Translations under genes and position numbers: made by a program | Notes under the pieces: generated by a model | What the model was told of the DNA's origin: nothing | What the model saw: only the letters and a program-made list of their open reading frames with translations | Database searches by the model: none | Shown here: positions 49,141 to 58,953 of the stretch, in pieces | How the letters are laid out: every line of letters begins with the position of its first letter | Numbering within the stretch: position 1 is the first letter of the stretch | Source: an uncultured Candidatus Halobonum sp. | GTDB lineage: Archaea; Halobacteriota; Halobacteria; Halobacteriales; Haloferacaceae | Reading direction: 5' to 3' | Length of the DNA stretch: 64,000 bases | Assembly (NCBI GenBank): GCA_964502585.1 | Contig: CAZCXJ010000002.1 | Coordinates: forward strand, 65,473 to 129,472

Positions 49141-49314
49141 ATGGACGTCGAGGATCTGTTGAAAATCGTGCTCGTCCTGGTGATCGTCTGGATCGTGCTC
49201 GAAATCCTCGGCGAAGTGCTCGGATTGCTCACCGGAATCTTCGCGTCGCTACCAACGCTCTTGGGAGTGGTCATCCTGGTACTGATCGTGTTGTATCTAC
49301 TCGACCGGATCTAA
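49141..49314 (+). CDS. 57-aa two-TM micro-membrane protein, missed by ORF track
   Basis: MDVEDLLKIVLVLVIVWIVLEILGEVLGLLTGIFASLPTLLGVVILVLIVLYLLDRI; stop 1 nt before the next gene's ATG. Confidence 0.45.
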   Translation: MDVEDLLKIVLVLVIVWIVLEILGEVLGLLTGIFASLPTLLGVVILVLIVLYLLDRI

Positions 49315-49315
49315 C

Positions 49316-49816
49316 GTGGACAGCCTGAACGCGCCGGTCCCGACGCCTGTTCGTCGGGTCGTGTCGGACCTCCGACCGCGACTCACCCGGTTCCATTCGG
49401 TTCGTGAGGATCTCACGCTGGTAGTCAAACGGATGGCCGAGTTGGATGCGGGGCCGCACCGTCTCCGGGAACGGCTCCGACATCTCCTCGACGGAGTCGA
49501 ACCGATCCAGGCCAACGTGGATGGACTAGGGGTGTTCAGGGATCCGCCGACGGGACAAGCCCCGGTGGTGTATTTGACAGTACAGTCACCGGGACTCATC
49601 CGGCTCCACCAACAGCTCTGTGAGTCGTTCGGAGCGGTGGATGGTCTGGAGGGTGATCAATATGTCCCACATATCACTGTCGCTCGCGGCGGACCGTCCG
49701 ATCTCGGGGAGCTCCTTGCAACGGATATCCCGGCGGTCGCCTGGACGATCGACGAACTAACTGTCTGGAGCCGAGAGTATCGGGCGGCGGTACTGCGCGT
49801 GCCGCTGACCGGCTGA
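49316..49816 (+). CDS. 2H-phosphoesterase superfamily protein (LigT/ThpR-like 2'-5' RNA ligase)
   Basis: Second H-x-T/S-x motif PHITVAR and overall ~165-aa LigT size. Confidence 0.6.
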   Translation: MDSLNAPVPTPVRRVVSDLRPRLTRFHSVREDLTLVVKRMAELDAGPHRLRERLRHLLDGVEPIQANVDGLGVFRDPPTGQAPVVYLTVQSPGLIRLHQQLCESFGAVDGLEGDQYVPHITVARGGPSDLGELLATDIPAVAWTIDELTVWSREYRAAVLRVPLTG

Positions 49817-49898
49817 ACACGGATGAGCGGGAAGCGGTCGGCGGTTCTGCTATCCGTGAAAACGCCGTCCCAGGATTCGAAAGCCTCGAGACAGCATG

Positions 49899-50180
49899 TC
49901 AGATGACGTCGTCCGGGGCGTGTTCGTTCGCCATCCGTTGCGCTTCGAGTGCGAACTGCTCACGCCGGAGAGGGTCATCTACTGTCCCCAAGTTCGAGGC
50001 ATCGGCCTCGATGGCCGCCGTCGTGTCTCGGCGGTCGGAAAACGAGGTTAGTGCCCGTTCCTTTCGATAGTACTGTTCCCCATCCAGCGTGGCGTAGGTG
50101 AGAATGATCAGGTTCTGTTCGTCATCGGAGTACGTCCGCTCGACAAGCCAGAGACGTTCGCTGTGAGGATCCGTCGACAT
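49899..50180 (-). CDS. hypothetical protein
   Basis: 93 aa acidic ORF. Confidence 0.4.
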   Translation of the reverse strand: MSTDPHSERLWLVERTYSDDEQNLIILTYATLDGEQYYRKERALTSFSDRRDTTAAIEADASNLGTVDDPLRREQFALEAQRMANEHAPDDVI

Positions 50181-50552
50181 ACCGTATAAACGTGAGCCGG
50201 GCCTCTCAAGTGGTTACCGAACCGTCCCCGGCCATGGCTCGTCCGCCTCCATCGGGCGGCCACACGTATCCACTGCCTCGGATGGCAGGCGCACGTCGGG
50301 AAGGATCGATACGGAATCATTCTACCGAAAACGGGTCCAGAGGCGGCCAATGGCAGGACTGAGGTCGACCTTCTCAAGCGAGGAGTTCCAAGCCGGGGTC
50401 AATGTCCGGGGCCGGGTCCTCCGCTACAGGGCTGTGAAAGGATGCTGATGGGGCGATGGCCGGATTGACGTCCAGAAGCAGTCCAAGGGGGCTCTCTGCA
50501 GTGAAGGCGAGTCTGGGCGAGGCGTCCCGTTTTTCCCTGACTGCGGGGATAG

Positions 50553-51914
50553 CTACGTTCTGGCGTGGAGGTCGACCGGAACAGGATGATCGGGATGCAT
50601 CGTCAGCGAGCCCCGGAGTTCGAGGTCTGGGCCGGTGTACTCCAGCGCGTATTCCCGACCGATCGTGCTGAGGATGAGTTTCGCCTCCATGAGCGATAAC
50701 TGCTTGCCGATACAGTGGCGGGGCCCCCCTCCGAACGGGAAGTACGCAAAGCGGGGACGGTTCGCCCGACGTTCGGGTGTCCATCGGTCAGGGTCAAAGG
50801 CGTGCGGATTCTCGTACCACCGATCCGACCGGTGGACCACCCACTGGGGCAGCATCACTGCTGATCCGGCGGGGATGCGGTATCCACAGAGCCTGACGTC
50901 CACCTTCGGTTCCCGGAACAACGTGTACACGGGGGGGTATAACCGCATCGCCTCTGTCAGGACTCGATCGGTATAGGAGAGTCGACGCGTGTCCGCAGTA
51001 GTCGGGACTCCATCCAAGTGCTCGTCGAGTTCGGCGTGGAACCGCCGCTCGACCTCCGGATGCTCCGAAAGCAAGTACCACGTGTAGGTCAGGGCCAGGG
51101 CGGTCGTATCGTGTCCCGCAAGCAGCATGGTCATCAGTTCGTCGCGGAGTTGGGTGTCGGACTGTTCCCCTCGGTTCCTGGCGCGCAACAGCACTGATAA
51201 CAGGTCCATCGGGACATCACGATCCGTCACGTCCCCGGCGGGGTCGGGGTGGTCGTACTCCGTGCCGCGCCGCTCATCGAGGATGTCCGCGATGACGTCT
51301 TCCAACTGCCCGACTGCATCGTGGAACTCGCGGTTCTCACGCGTGGGTGCCCAGGAGGGGATCAGCACTCGGGCTGCGCTGGGTTCGAACCGCTGACCAA
51401 GAGGCTCCAAGTGCGATTGGACCGTCTGGACGCGGTCTTCACCGAGCGTGGTTCCAAACATCGCACTCACGATGATTTGGACGGTCAGACGGGCCATCGT
51501 GAGCTGGATATCGATCCGGTCACCGTCGTTCCAGTCGTCGGTTGTGTCCGTCACGTGGCCAGTCATCATCTCGCCGAGGCCGGCAATCCGACGGGCGTGA
51601 AAGGCCGGACTGGCAAGATCGCGTTGATTCTTCCACGTCGCCCCTTCGCTCATCAGGAGACCCTCTCCGAGCAAGTCGTCGATGGCGTCGTCCCCGAGGT
51701 CGGCTTTCCGGTACTTCGCCGCCTCCGATACGAGTACCCGTTCGATGTCCCGCGGATTGGTGAGCATGTATACTTCACGCGGGCCGAGTTCCAATCGCAC
51801 CAGGTCCCCATAGGCGTCCGCACAGGCGGTCATGAAAGAGAAGGGATCCTCGGCGTATCGTCGGCTGCTCCCTAACACCGGCACACCACCTGGTCCCGGT
51901 GGCTTCGAACTCAT
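50553..51914 (-). CDS. cytochrome P450
   Basis: Heme-thiolate loop FGGGPRHCIGKQLSLMEAKL, EXXR (ETLR-like) motif; 453 aa. Confidence 0.9.
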   Translation of the reverse strand: MSSKPPGPGGVPVLGSSRRYAEDPFSFMTACADAYGDLVRLELGPREVYMLTNPRDIERVLVSEAAKYRKADLGDDAIDDLLGEGLLMSEGATWKNQRDLASPAFHARRIAGLGEMMTGHVTDTTDDWNDGDRIDIQLTMARLTVQIIVSAMFGTTLGEDRVQTVQSHLEPLGQRFEPSAARVLIPSWAPTRENREFHDAVGQLEDVIADILDERRGTEYDHPDPAGDVTDRDVPMDLLSVLLRARNRGEQSDTQLRDELMTMLLAGHDTTALALTYTWYLLSEHPEVERRFHAELDEHLDGVPTTADTRRLSYTDRVLTEAMRLYPPVYTLFREPKVDVRLCGYRIPAGSAVMLPQWVVHRSDRWYENPHAFDPDRWTPERRANRPRFAYFPFGGGPRHCIGKQLSLMEAKLILSTIGREYALEYTGPDLELRGSLTMHPDHPVPVDLHART

Positions 51915-52207
51915 GTGTAAATGTTGTCCGGGACGGACAAAAGGGGTTCGTCCTGTAGATATGCTCGGGAGAGTTCAAGCGTATTTCCCGAGGGCTTTGT
52001 CGAATGCAAAACCAGGAGCTGAATTGGGCGCCCGGTCACGTGGAGCGGCCGATAAAAGATTCCAGGGCCCTGAAACGTATCACGTACGGAGGATTCAAGT
52101 CCACCGCCAGGCAGGTTCGTGATAGTGATTGCAACAACCGATCCTCCTTGCGGGGTGGACCTCAAGACACCATCTTCCCGACTGCGTCAGCGGGTCCGAC
52201 CTGGGAG

Positions 52208-53161
52208 ATGCCACTAACGGCCGCCGTCGCGGTCGGGCTATCGTTCTTGCTCGATACGGCCATCGGAGAACCGCCCGACCGGCTTCATCCAGTCGCCTGG
52301 TTCGGTCGAGTCGTCAACATCGCAGACCGGGAGTGGAAAATGCCACGCGTGATGGGAGTTCTCATCGGTGCGGTCTTGCCGGGGCTTCCAGCAGGAGTGG
52401 TCGGTGGCCTGGTACTGGTCGTTCAAAGCCTTTCGCCGACGATAGCGTCGATAACGGCTGGTCTCTTCCTCTTCACCGCGACAAGCCTGCGGGCGTTGCT
52501 TTCAGCTGCGGAGAGCATCGTCGCCGCGAGTGAAACGGACCTCCCGGGAGCCCGCCAACAGTTGCCGACCCTCGTGGGGCGCGACCCAGCCGACCTGTCC
52601 GCGGCAGAAACGCGCAGCGCTGCTGTCGAGAGTGCAGCCGAGAACTTGGCCGACGGCCTCGTCGCACCGCTGGCTGGATTCGCTCTGGCTGCGGCCGCTA
52701 GCACGGGGACAATGGTGACTGCCGTGTTCGGTCCCGGTACAGTTTCCGGCACGCTCGCCGTCGCGACTGCCGTGGCCTGGTGGATCAAGGGCGTCAACAC
52801 CCTCGATTCCATGCTCGGATACCGGTCGGAACCAGTCGGGTGGGCGAGCGCTCGACTCGATGATCTTGTCATGTTCGTTCCCGCCAGAGTCAGTGCTGTT
52901 CTCATCGTACTCGCGGCGGCGAGGCCCTGGCGGCTCTCCGAGGGACGGAAATGGGCGGGGATTCCCGCATCCCCGAACTCCGGGTGGCCGATGGCAGCCC
53001 TCGCAGCCGTGTTGACCGTCCGACTCGAGAAGCCTGGGGCGTACGTTATGAATCGGGACCGTTCGCTACCGTCGGTATCTGAGGCACAGCGAGGCATCGT
53101 GGTCGTCCGAAGAGCCGGGCTGGCAGCCTACGCGCTCGCGGGGGTAGTGGCGTGGTCCTGA
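52208..53161 (+). CDS. cbiB: adenosylcobinamide-phosphate synthase CbiB/CobD
   Basis: Start MPLTAAVAVGLSFLLDTAIGEPPDRLHPVAWFGRVV (CbiB N-terminus); membrane protein. The 204-nt in-frame upstream extension listed in the ORF track is non-proteinaceous. Confidence 0.85.
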   Translation: MPLTAAVAVGLSFLLDTAIGEPPDRLHPVAWFGRVVNIADREWKMPRVMGVLIGAVLPGLPAGVVGGLVLVVQSLSPTIASITAGLFLFTATSLRALLSAAESIVAASETDLPGARQQLPTLVGRDPADLSAAETRSAAVESAAENLADGLVAPLAGFALAAAASTGTMVTAVFGPGTVSGTLAVATAVAWWIKGVNTLDSMLGYRSEPVGWASARLDDLVMFVPARVSAVLIVLAAARPWRLSEGRKWAGIPASPNSGWPMAALAAVLTVRLEKPGAYVMNRDRSLPSVSEAQRGIVVVRRAGLAAYALAGVVAWS

Positions 53162-53928
53162 CGGCCCTTCGGGGGGCGGTAGGGTTCCTCACCCGGTTAC
53201 CGGCAGGGAACGACGAACAGTCCTGGCGAGCGTTTCGTGCGAACCCATCCACTCTCCCGGCCATCGGCTACCTCATCGGGATGCTTGGAGGGGTGCCGTT
53301 CGTGCTTGCAGGCGGGATCGACGTGATCGCCGGGGCGATCCTTCCGCCGTCGGTGGTCGCCTTCGCGTACCTTATTGTGATATACGGGGTGACCGGGATC
53401 ACACACGCGGACGGGCTCGCCGACCTCGGAGACGCAGCGGTCGTTCACGGTGAACAGGAACGACGTCGGGCCGTCATGCGAGATACGACGACTGGTGTCG
53501 GTGCGATAGTCGCACTAGGACTCGGCCTAATCGGAATCACCCTGGTCGCCCTCTCGATCGCGGGACTTCCGGTCAGAGCAGCTGTTGCGATCGTCGTCGC
53601 CGGGGAGGTAGCCGCGAAGCTCGGGATGGCCGCTGCCATCTGTTCGGGACAGACAGGTCATGAAGGACTCGCCGCGGAGTTGGTTAGTCGAGGGGGACCC
53701 AGACAACTCGCCGGTGCAGCGATTGTCAGTCTCCCTGCAGGCCTTCTCGCCTGGCCGTCGCCGGCAACCTGGGCGACGCTCATCGGTGGACTCGTGGGGG
53801 CTGCGGTGATAGTCCGATGGGCTCGTCGAGCGCTTGGGGGTATCAGTGGTGACGTCCTCGGCGCCGTCAACGAAATCAGTCGGATCGTCGCTCTTCATGC
53901 GGGGGTGGTTGCATGGACGCTCTCCTAA
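53152..53928 (+). CDS. cobS: adenosylcobinamide-GDP ribazoletransferase
   Basis: CobS polytopic membrane protein pattern; overlaps cbiB by 10 nt. Confidence 0.85.
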   Translation: MVLTALRGAVGFLTRLPAGNDEQSWRAFRANPSTLPAIGYLIGMLGGVPFVLAGGIDVIAGAILPPSVVAFAYLIVIYGVTGITHADGLADLGDAAVVHGEQERRRAVMRDTTTGVGAIVALGLGLIGITLVALSIAGLPVRAAVAIVVAGEVAAKLGMAAAICSGQTGHEGLAAELVSRGGPRQLAGAAIVSLPAGLLAWPSPATWATLIGGLVGAAVIVRWARRALGGISGDVLGAVNEISRIVALHAGVVAWTLS

Positions 53929-54518
53929 TGTGTGGCGGGCGAGGAACAAGGCTTGACGTATCGGCCGAGAAACCACTCGTCGAAATCGGTGGGGTTCCGA
54001 TGGTTGAGCGGGTTGCGAATGCACTTTCCGCGAGCCAAGTCTCCACGACGTACGCTGTTCCGTCTGTCCACACACCGAAAACTCAGGAGCGGGTGATTCG
54101 GCTGGGCATCCCGGTGATCGAAACGGCAGGAAACAGCTACGTGGCAGACCTTCGGAGCGTCCTGGGCCGTGATCGAATCTCGACGCCCGTTTTGACCGTC
54201 GCCGCTGATCTACCGCTGTTGGCGGCTCCGACCATCGATTCGATACTGACCGACTATGATCAGATTAGCACATCTGCAGGACAGAGCGTGTCGTTGTCCA
54301 TAACCGTCCCCACCGTTCTCAAGCGGAGTCTCGGCGTGAGTGTCGACGAACAAGGCGGAGGTGACCTTTCTCCGAGCGGCGTCAACGTGGTCGGCAACGG
54401 GCCCGAGACCGCGCGAATCAGCTACGATACTCGACTGGCTGTAAACGTGAACCGCCGAAGGGACATGAAAATCGCCGAAGAAATGCTACTTTCGGGAGGC
54501 AAAGAGAATGGATCCTGA
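53913..54518 (+). CDS. cobY: adenosylcobinamide-phosphate guanylyltransferase, archaeal CobY type
   Basis: Nucleotidyltransferase G-rich motif MCGGRGTRL; operon position. Confidence 0.75.
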   Translation: MDALLMCGGRGTRLDVSAEKPLVEIGGVPMVERVANALSASQVSTTYAVPSVHTPKTQERVIRLGIPVIETAGNSYVADLRSVLGRDRISTPVLTVAADLPLLAAPTIDSILTDYDQISTSAGQSVSLSITVPTVLKRSLGVSVDEQGGGDLSPSGVNVVGNGPETARISYDTRLAVNVNRRRDMKIAEEMLLSGGKENGS

Positions 54519-55512
54519 CTCAGTGCCCGAAATCGGTCGGGTGCCCCATGGAGGAACGGAGCAAGACACTCTCGATTTCAGTACGAACACGAACCCGCAA
54601 GTCCCCGAAGGCATCCCAGGAGTTTACCAGGAAGCATTGAGTGTGAGTCGATCGTATCCGGCAGACGGGTATCCCAGTTATCGTGCCGCCGCCGGCGAGT
54701 ACGTCGGGGCTGACCCAGAACAGGTCATTCCCACGCCGGGAGGGTTGGCCGCGATCCGGCTGACAGTTGCGACGACGGTGACCCCAGGAGACCTCGTGGC
54801 AGTTCCGGTACCGAGCTTCGGGGAGTATGCCCGTGAAGTGCGACTGCAAGGCGGGGAACCCGTGTTCGTAGAGGCGGCAGATCTCCTCCGTATCGATCCG
54901 GGAGAGTATGCACTCGTGATCGCTTGCAACCCAAACAATCCAACGGGACACGCGTACGATCCGCAGTCGCTCCGTGAGTTCGTGACGCGTTGCCGAGACG
55001 TCGAAACCCCGTTCCTCATCGACGAGGCGTTCCTCGGGTTCACCGAGTCACCCTCGTTTGCCGGCTTGGACGGGGTGATAGTTGCTCGGTCGCTCACGAA
55101 ACTGTTCGGTCTGCCCGGGTTACGTATGGGCTTTGCAGTGGCGACTGGGGGGCTCCTTGACATCCTAGCCCGAGCCCGACGGACATGGAACTTGGGAGCG
55201 CCCGCGGCGGCAGTCGGGGCTTATTGTATGCGTCAAACGGGATTCGTCCAACAGACACGGCGGCGGGTCACCGAGGAACGGCAACGGATGCAAGAGGCTT
55301 TGTCCGGACGGTTTGACCTTCACCCTTCAGAAGCACCGTTTCTGTTGCTCGATGTCGGGGACCGACAGGTCGGACAAATCATCGGACGCCTCCGGAGACA
55401 GGGTATTACGATTCGCGACGCCACCACGTTCCGACGCCTCGACTCACACGTCCGTGTCGCAGTCCGGTTGCCGGAGGAAAACGACCGTCTTCTGGAGGCA
55501 CTGAATGTTTGA
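54508..55512 (+). CDS. cobD: L-threonine-O-3-phosphate decarboxylase (CobD/CobC), class I/II aminotransferase fold
   Basis: PLP aminotransferase-like with ACNPNNPTG and PLP-Lys region SLTKLFGLPGLRMG. Confidence 0.8.
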   Translation: MDPDSVPEIGRVPHGGTEQDTLDFSTNTNPQVPEGIPGVYQEALSVSRSYPADGYPSYRAAAGEYVGADPEQVIPTPGGLAAIRLTVATTVTPGDLVAVPVPSFGEYAREVRLQGGEPVFVEAADLLRIDPGEYALVIACNPNNPTGHAYDPQSLREFVTRCRDVETPFLIDEAFLGFTESPSFAGLDGVIVARSLTKLFGLPGLRMGFAVATGGLLDILARARRTWNLGAPAAAVGAYCMRQTGFVQQTRRRVTEERQRMQEALSGRFDLHPSEAPFLLLDVGDRQVGQIIGRLRRQGITIRDATTFRRLDSHVRVAVRLPEENDRLLEALNV

Positions 55513-56263
55513 AATCCGGCGGAACGACGGGGTCCTGCAGGTCCGACGCTCTGGAACGCAGTGGTTCTCAACCGGGTGGAACGGGGGACACGTCGCGACA
55601 AGTACCGCGTATAGTGTGACCGTCCCTGAGGGATGGAATCGCTCCGGCGATGCGATCGAGTCGTACGTTGTTGAGAGACTCGAAGCCGCCGGGTTCGAGC
55701 CGAGGAGGGAGGGAAGTCCAGTCGGTCCGGTTCTCCTGACAGGCGTCGAGGCCACTAACGTCCGGGGTGCACGAAGTGGACCGGTAGAAGTGCTCGCTAC
55801 TGCGGGACTGTCGAATCCGGCCGCATTACCGATAGAACCGGAAGAGGGCCCCCTCTCCGATACGGCGGGGTCGGATTCGTACCCGGAGAAGACGGGGAAC
55901 TCAAATAATACCGGGACCGTCAACCTCCTCGTCGGAACGTCACGGAAACTCGGTCACGCGGCCACCGGAAATCTAATCGCAGTCGCTGCAGAGGCAAAGG
56001 CGGCTACCCTGCTCGAATTGGTCGGCGTTCCCGGCACAACGACGGACGCAGTCGTCATCGGGAGCGACCCGACTGGCGACCCGGCTGCGTATACGGGGAG
56101 CGGAACTCGTGTCGGGGGGGCCGCGCGGGCCTGCGTTCGTGAGGCGATCAAGGCGGCACTCAAGGCACGGTACGGGGACGCTGATCCGCCGGCACCGGGG
56201 GAGGCCGACCATCCAGTGGTCACCGAAACGAGAGCGGAAGTGTTCGACCCGACCACGGACTGA
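55505..56263 (+). CDS. cbiZ: adenosylcobinamide amidohydrolase CbiZ
   Basis: CbiZ family (salvage of cobinamide); 252 aa; operon position. Confidence 0.7.
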   Translation: MFEIRRNDGVLQVRRSGTQWFSTGWNGGHVATSTAYSVTVPEGWNRSGDAIESYVVERLEAAGFEPRREGSPVGPVLLTGVEATNVRGARSGPVEVLATAGLSNPAALPIEPEEGPLSDTAGSDSYPEKTGNSNNTGTVNLLVGTSRKLGHAATGNLIAVAAEAKAATLLELVGVPGTTTDAVVIGSDPTGDPAAYTGSGTRVGGAARACVREAIKAALKARYGDADPPAPGEADHPVVTETRAEVFDPTTD

Positions 56264-56370
56264 ATCCGGGCGGAATCCGACCGGACCCTTCACGGGGGGA
56301 ACCTGGAGAGGAATCGGAGGCCCTCTACCCGGAACCCAACCCTCCGTTCGGTCGTCTCGGTCGGACGAGC

Positions 56371-57870
56371 TCAGGGCCGACTCTCGTCGATCGGAAGCTC
56401 GAGAGGGTCCAAATCAAGGTGGGTTTCCACGAGAGTGGCCGCTCGGTCATAGGAGGAAACCTGGGATTGTGTACTGCGAGGGCGGACCGACCCCGTGGTG
56501 TCGTAGACCGTCTCGATGAACGCTTCCCGGGCGTTTTCGTTCTCGAAGAGTCCATGGAGGTATGTCCCCAGAACGCGGCCTTTCGCCGCGCTTTCCGCCC
56601 CAACAGGGCGTGTCACGTCGCCCATCGGCTCGGTCCGACCCATATGGATCTCGTATCCGGTCACCGGACCGGACCCGCCGGCCAGCGGCCCGACACCGTC
56701 CAGTTGGCGGGTGACACGAGTGACGCGTTTCTCGGTCTGAAACACGGTTTCGACCGGAAGCAATCCTAGCCCCTCGACGACACCGTCGAGCCTGGTCGAT
56801 TCGATACCCGCGTTCCGGATACGTCTGCCAAGGATCTGATACCCGCCGCAAAGGCCGACTATCGGCCCATCGAAGGCAGCGATTTGGTCAGCCAGGCCAC
56901 CTTCGCGGAGTGCGAGCAGGTCATCGACCGTGTTTTTTGTGCCTGGAAGCACGACCGCATCCGCGTCCAGAAGGTCGCCGTTGGGCGGAACGTACTCGAT
57001 TCGGACGCCCTGTTCGTGCGCCAGGGGTTCCAGATCAGTGAAATTCGACATTCGAGGGAATCGCGGGACAGCGATCCTTATGATCCGGTCTGACGGCTCC
57101 GCATCCCGGCCTACGACTGCCAGTTCGTCACGGGGTGGCAACGACAGGCTGTCCTCCGATGGGAGCCCCGGGTCGTCGTACGGGAGTACTCCGAGTATAG
57201 GGACGTTCGTCCGGGACTCGATTTCGCTGATACCGGGTTCCAGCAGCGTGCGATCACCCCGAAACTTGTTGATAATGCTCCCGACGACGCGAGGTCGAAG
57301 GTCCGTCGGCATCAGTTCCAGCGTTCCATATAAGCTCGCGAACGCGCCGCCCCGCTCAATATCCACTACGAGGACCAGAGTTGCATCGGCGAACCGGGCT
57401 GTCTCGACGTTCGACAAATCGCGGTCGTGGAGGTTAATCTCGGCTACGCTTCCAGCCCCTTCGGCGACGACAACATCATGCGCTGCTGCGAGTCGGTCGT
57501 AGGCGGTGGCGGCAGCCTCCCGAGCGTCGGTCCAGTGAGTATCGTAGTAGTCTTCCGTGTCAAAATGGCCGACGGCTTCGCCGTGGACAATCAGTTGGCT
57601 CTCGCCGTCGCCCCGAGGCTTCAACAGGACGGGGTTCATGTCTGTGGTGGGAGGAACCCGGGCCGCACGTGCCTGGACATACTGGGAAACGCCGATTTCA
57701 CCGTCATCTCCATCGGGTGAAACGACCGCACGGGCGTTGTTACTCATGTTCTGTGCCTTGAACGGGGCGACATCGACGCCCAGATCGGCCAGAAGTCGGC
57801 AGAGTCCGGCGACTATGGTTGACTTCCCCACATGGCTCGCCGTCCCAGTGACCAGGATCGTACGTGTCAT
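56371..57870 (-). CDS. cobQ: cobyric acid synthase CobQ/CbiP
   Basis: N-terminal dethiobiotin-synthetase-like P-loop GTASHVGKS and C-terminal glutamine amidotransferase domain (GLCGGYQ). Confidence 0.9.
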   Translation of the reverse strand: MTRTILVTGTASHVGKSTIVAGLCRLLADLGVDVAPFKAQNMSNNARAVVSPDGDDGEIGVSQYVQARAARVPPTTDMNPVLLKPRGDGESQLIVHGEAVGHFDTEDYYDTHWTDAREAAATAYDRLAAAHDVVVAEGAGSVAEINLHDRDLSNVETARFADATLVLVVDIERGGAFASLYGTLELMPTDLRPRVVGSIINKFRGDRTLLEPGISEIESRTNVPILGVLPYDDPGLPSEDSLSLPPRDELAVVGRDAEPSDRIIRIAVPRFPRMSNFTDLEPLAHEQGVRIEYVPPNGDLLDADAVVLPGTKNTVDDLLALREGGLADQIAAFDGPIVGLCGGYQILGRRIRNAGIESTRLDGVVEGLGLLPVETVFQTEKRVTRVTRQLDGVGPLAGGSGPVTGYEIHMGRTEPMGDVTRPVGAESAAKGRVLGTYLHGLFENENAREAFIETVYDTTGSVRPRSTQSQVSSYDRAATLVETHLDLDPLELPIDESRP

Positions 57871-58194
57871 CCCAACCAGGTCAGTTCCAGTATCCGGCTG
57901 GAACTACTAACCTCTCTCGAAGAATCGAGACATCACTCATCGTGAACACAATCGTGCGGCCCGGAGGACCCCTCAGTAGCGTCCCACAGGGGTCCCGGGT
58001 GCTATCTGCACGCCAGCACGACGTCGATAGTCGTGTGAAAGGATCCTCTCTTCGCCTGGACCTCGCCGCTAGGCTCGTGACAGAAACCCGTGTCTCGCGT
58101 CCAGTCGAACCCAGCTGGAAGGCAACGGTTGGATACCAGCTACGGCTAACCGTCGAGGGTTCCAGTTTATGGGTAATGCCTCTGAGGGAGGTGG

Positions 58195-58869
58195 TCAGTA
58201 TTCGGTTCCTTGCCGGGCTGGCTGACCAGCGTCGAGCGGGTGTTTCGATTTCGAGATATGGCTGATCAGATCCGCCTCCTCGGTAAGGTACGACGGTTCG
58301 TCGTGACTGCCCGTGAGGACGAGTTCGAGTCGCTCGGGTTTTGACCGTACCACGTCAATTACTTCCTCGGGATTGATGAGCCGGCGATCCGCTGCGTACA
58401 AAACCTCATCAAGGATCAACATGTGCATCCCATGCGTCGGATCACCGTCGAGCGGGAGAGGTTCGTCTAGCGGGGCATCCGCTGCCGCGTCAAGCAGTTC
58501 CTGAACCCGAGCGAGAGCCCCACGAGCCTGGGCAGCGTGTTCATCCTCGTCCCCTGGGCGTCCGAACCCATGCCACCCGTAGTGTCCTGCGTTCTCGTAG
58601 CTAAACCCGGGAACGGCACCGATAGCGTTGTATTCGCCTCGGACGTCCTCGACGGTGTTGGTCCCCCCTTTCATGAACTGAAGCATGTGTACCCGGTACC
58701 CGTGTCCAGCAGCTCGAAAACCCATACCTATCGCCGCAGTCGTTTTGCCCTTGCCGTTCCCCCACCAGACCTGTACGAGACCGAACTCCTCGGGAGCGCT
58801 CGCCTCGATCGGTTCGGTAGTCGGGGCCTGTCCCCCGATATCGGGACCCCCATCACTCACAGGAGTCAC
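58195..58869 (-). CDS. cobA: corrinoid adenosyltransferase, CobA/BtuR type
   Basis: P-loop GNGKGKTTAA typical of CobA/BtuR; 224 aa. Confidence 0.85.
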   Translation of the reverse strand: MTPVSDGGPDIGGQAPTTEPIEASAPEEFGLVQVWWGNGKGKTTAAIGMGFRAAGHGYRVHMLQFMKGGTNTVEDVRGEYNAIGAVPGFSYENAGHYGWHGFGRPGDEDEHAAQARGALARVQELLDAAADAPLDEPLPLDGDPTHGMHMLILDEVLYAADRRLINPEEVIDVVRSKPERLELVLTGSHDEPSYLTEEADLISHISKSKHPLDAGQPARQGTEY

Positions 58870-58953
58870 CCCTTGGCCGCTGATGCGTTCGCATGGGGAA
58901 ACCTCGCACGTGGGAGATAAAAGGGTTCGGCGGCCCCATGCAGCCCGCCGGGA

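Noticed and set aside
52004-52207. In-frame N-terminal extension of cbiB listed by the ORF track (MQNQELNWAPGHVERPIKDS...)
   Set aside because: Basic, non-halophilic composition. The canonical CbiB N-terminus begins at the internal Met (52208). Treated instead as a non-coding leader of interest.
51915-52207. Firm call of a cobalamin riboswitch upstream of cbiB
   Set aside because: I could not match the B12-box or GCCACUG core confidently by eye on either strand. Kept only as a candidate structured leader pending cmscan.
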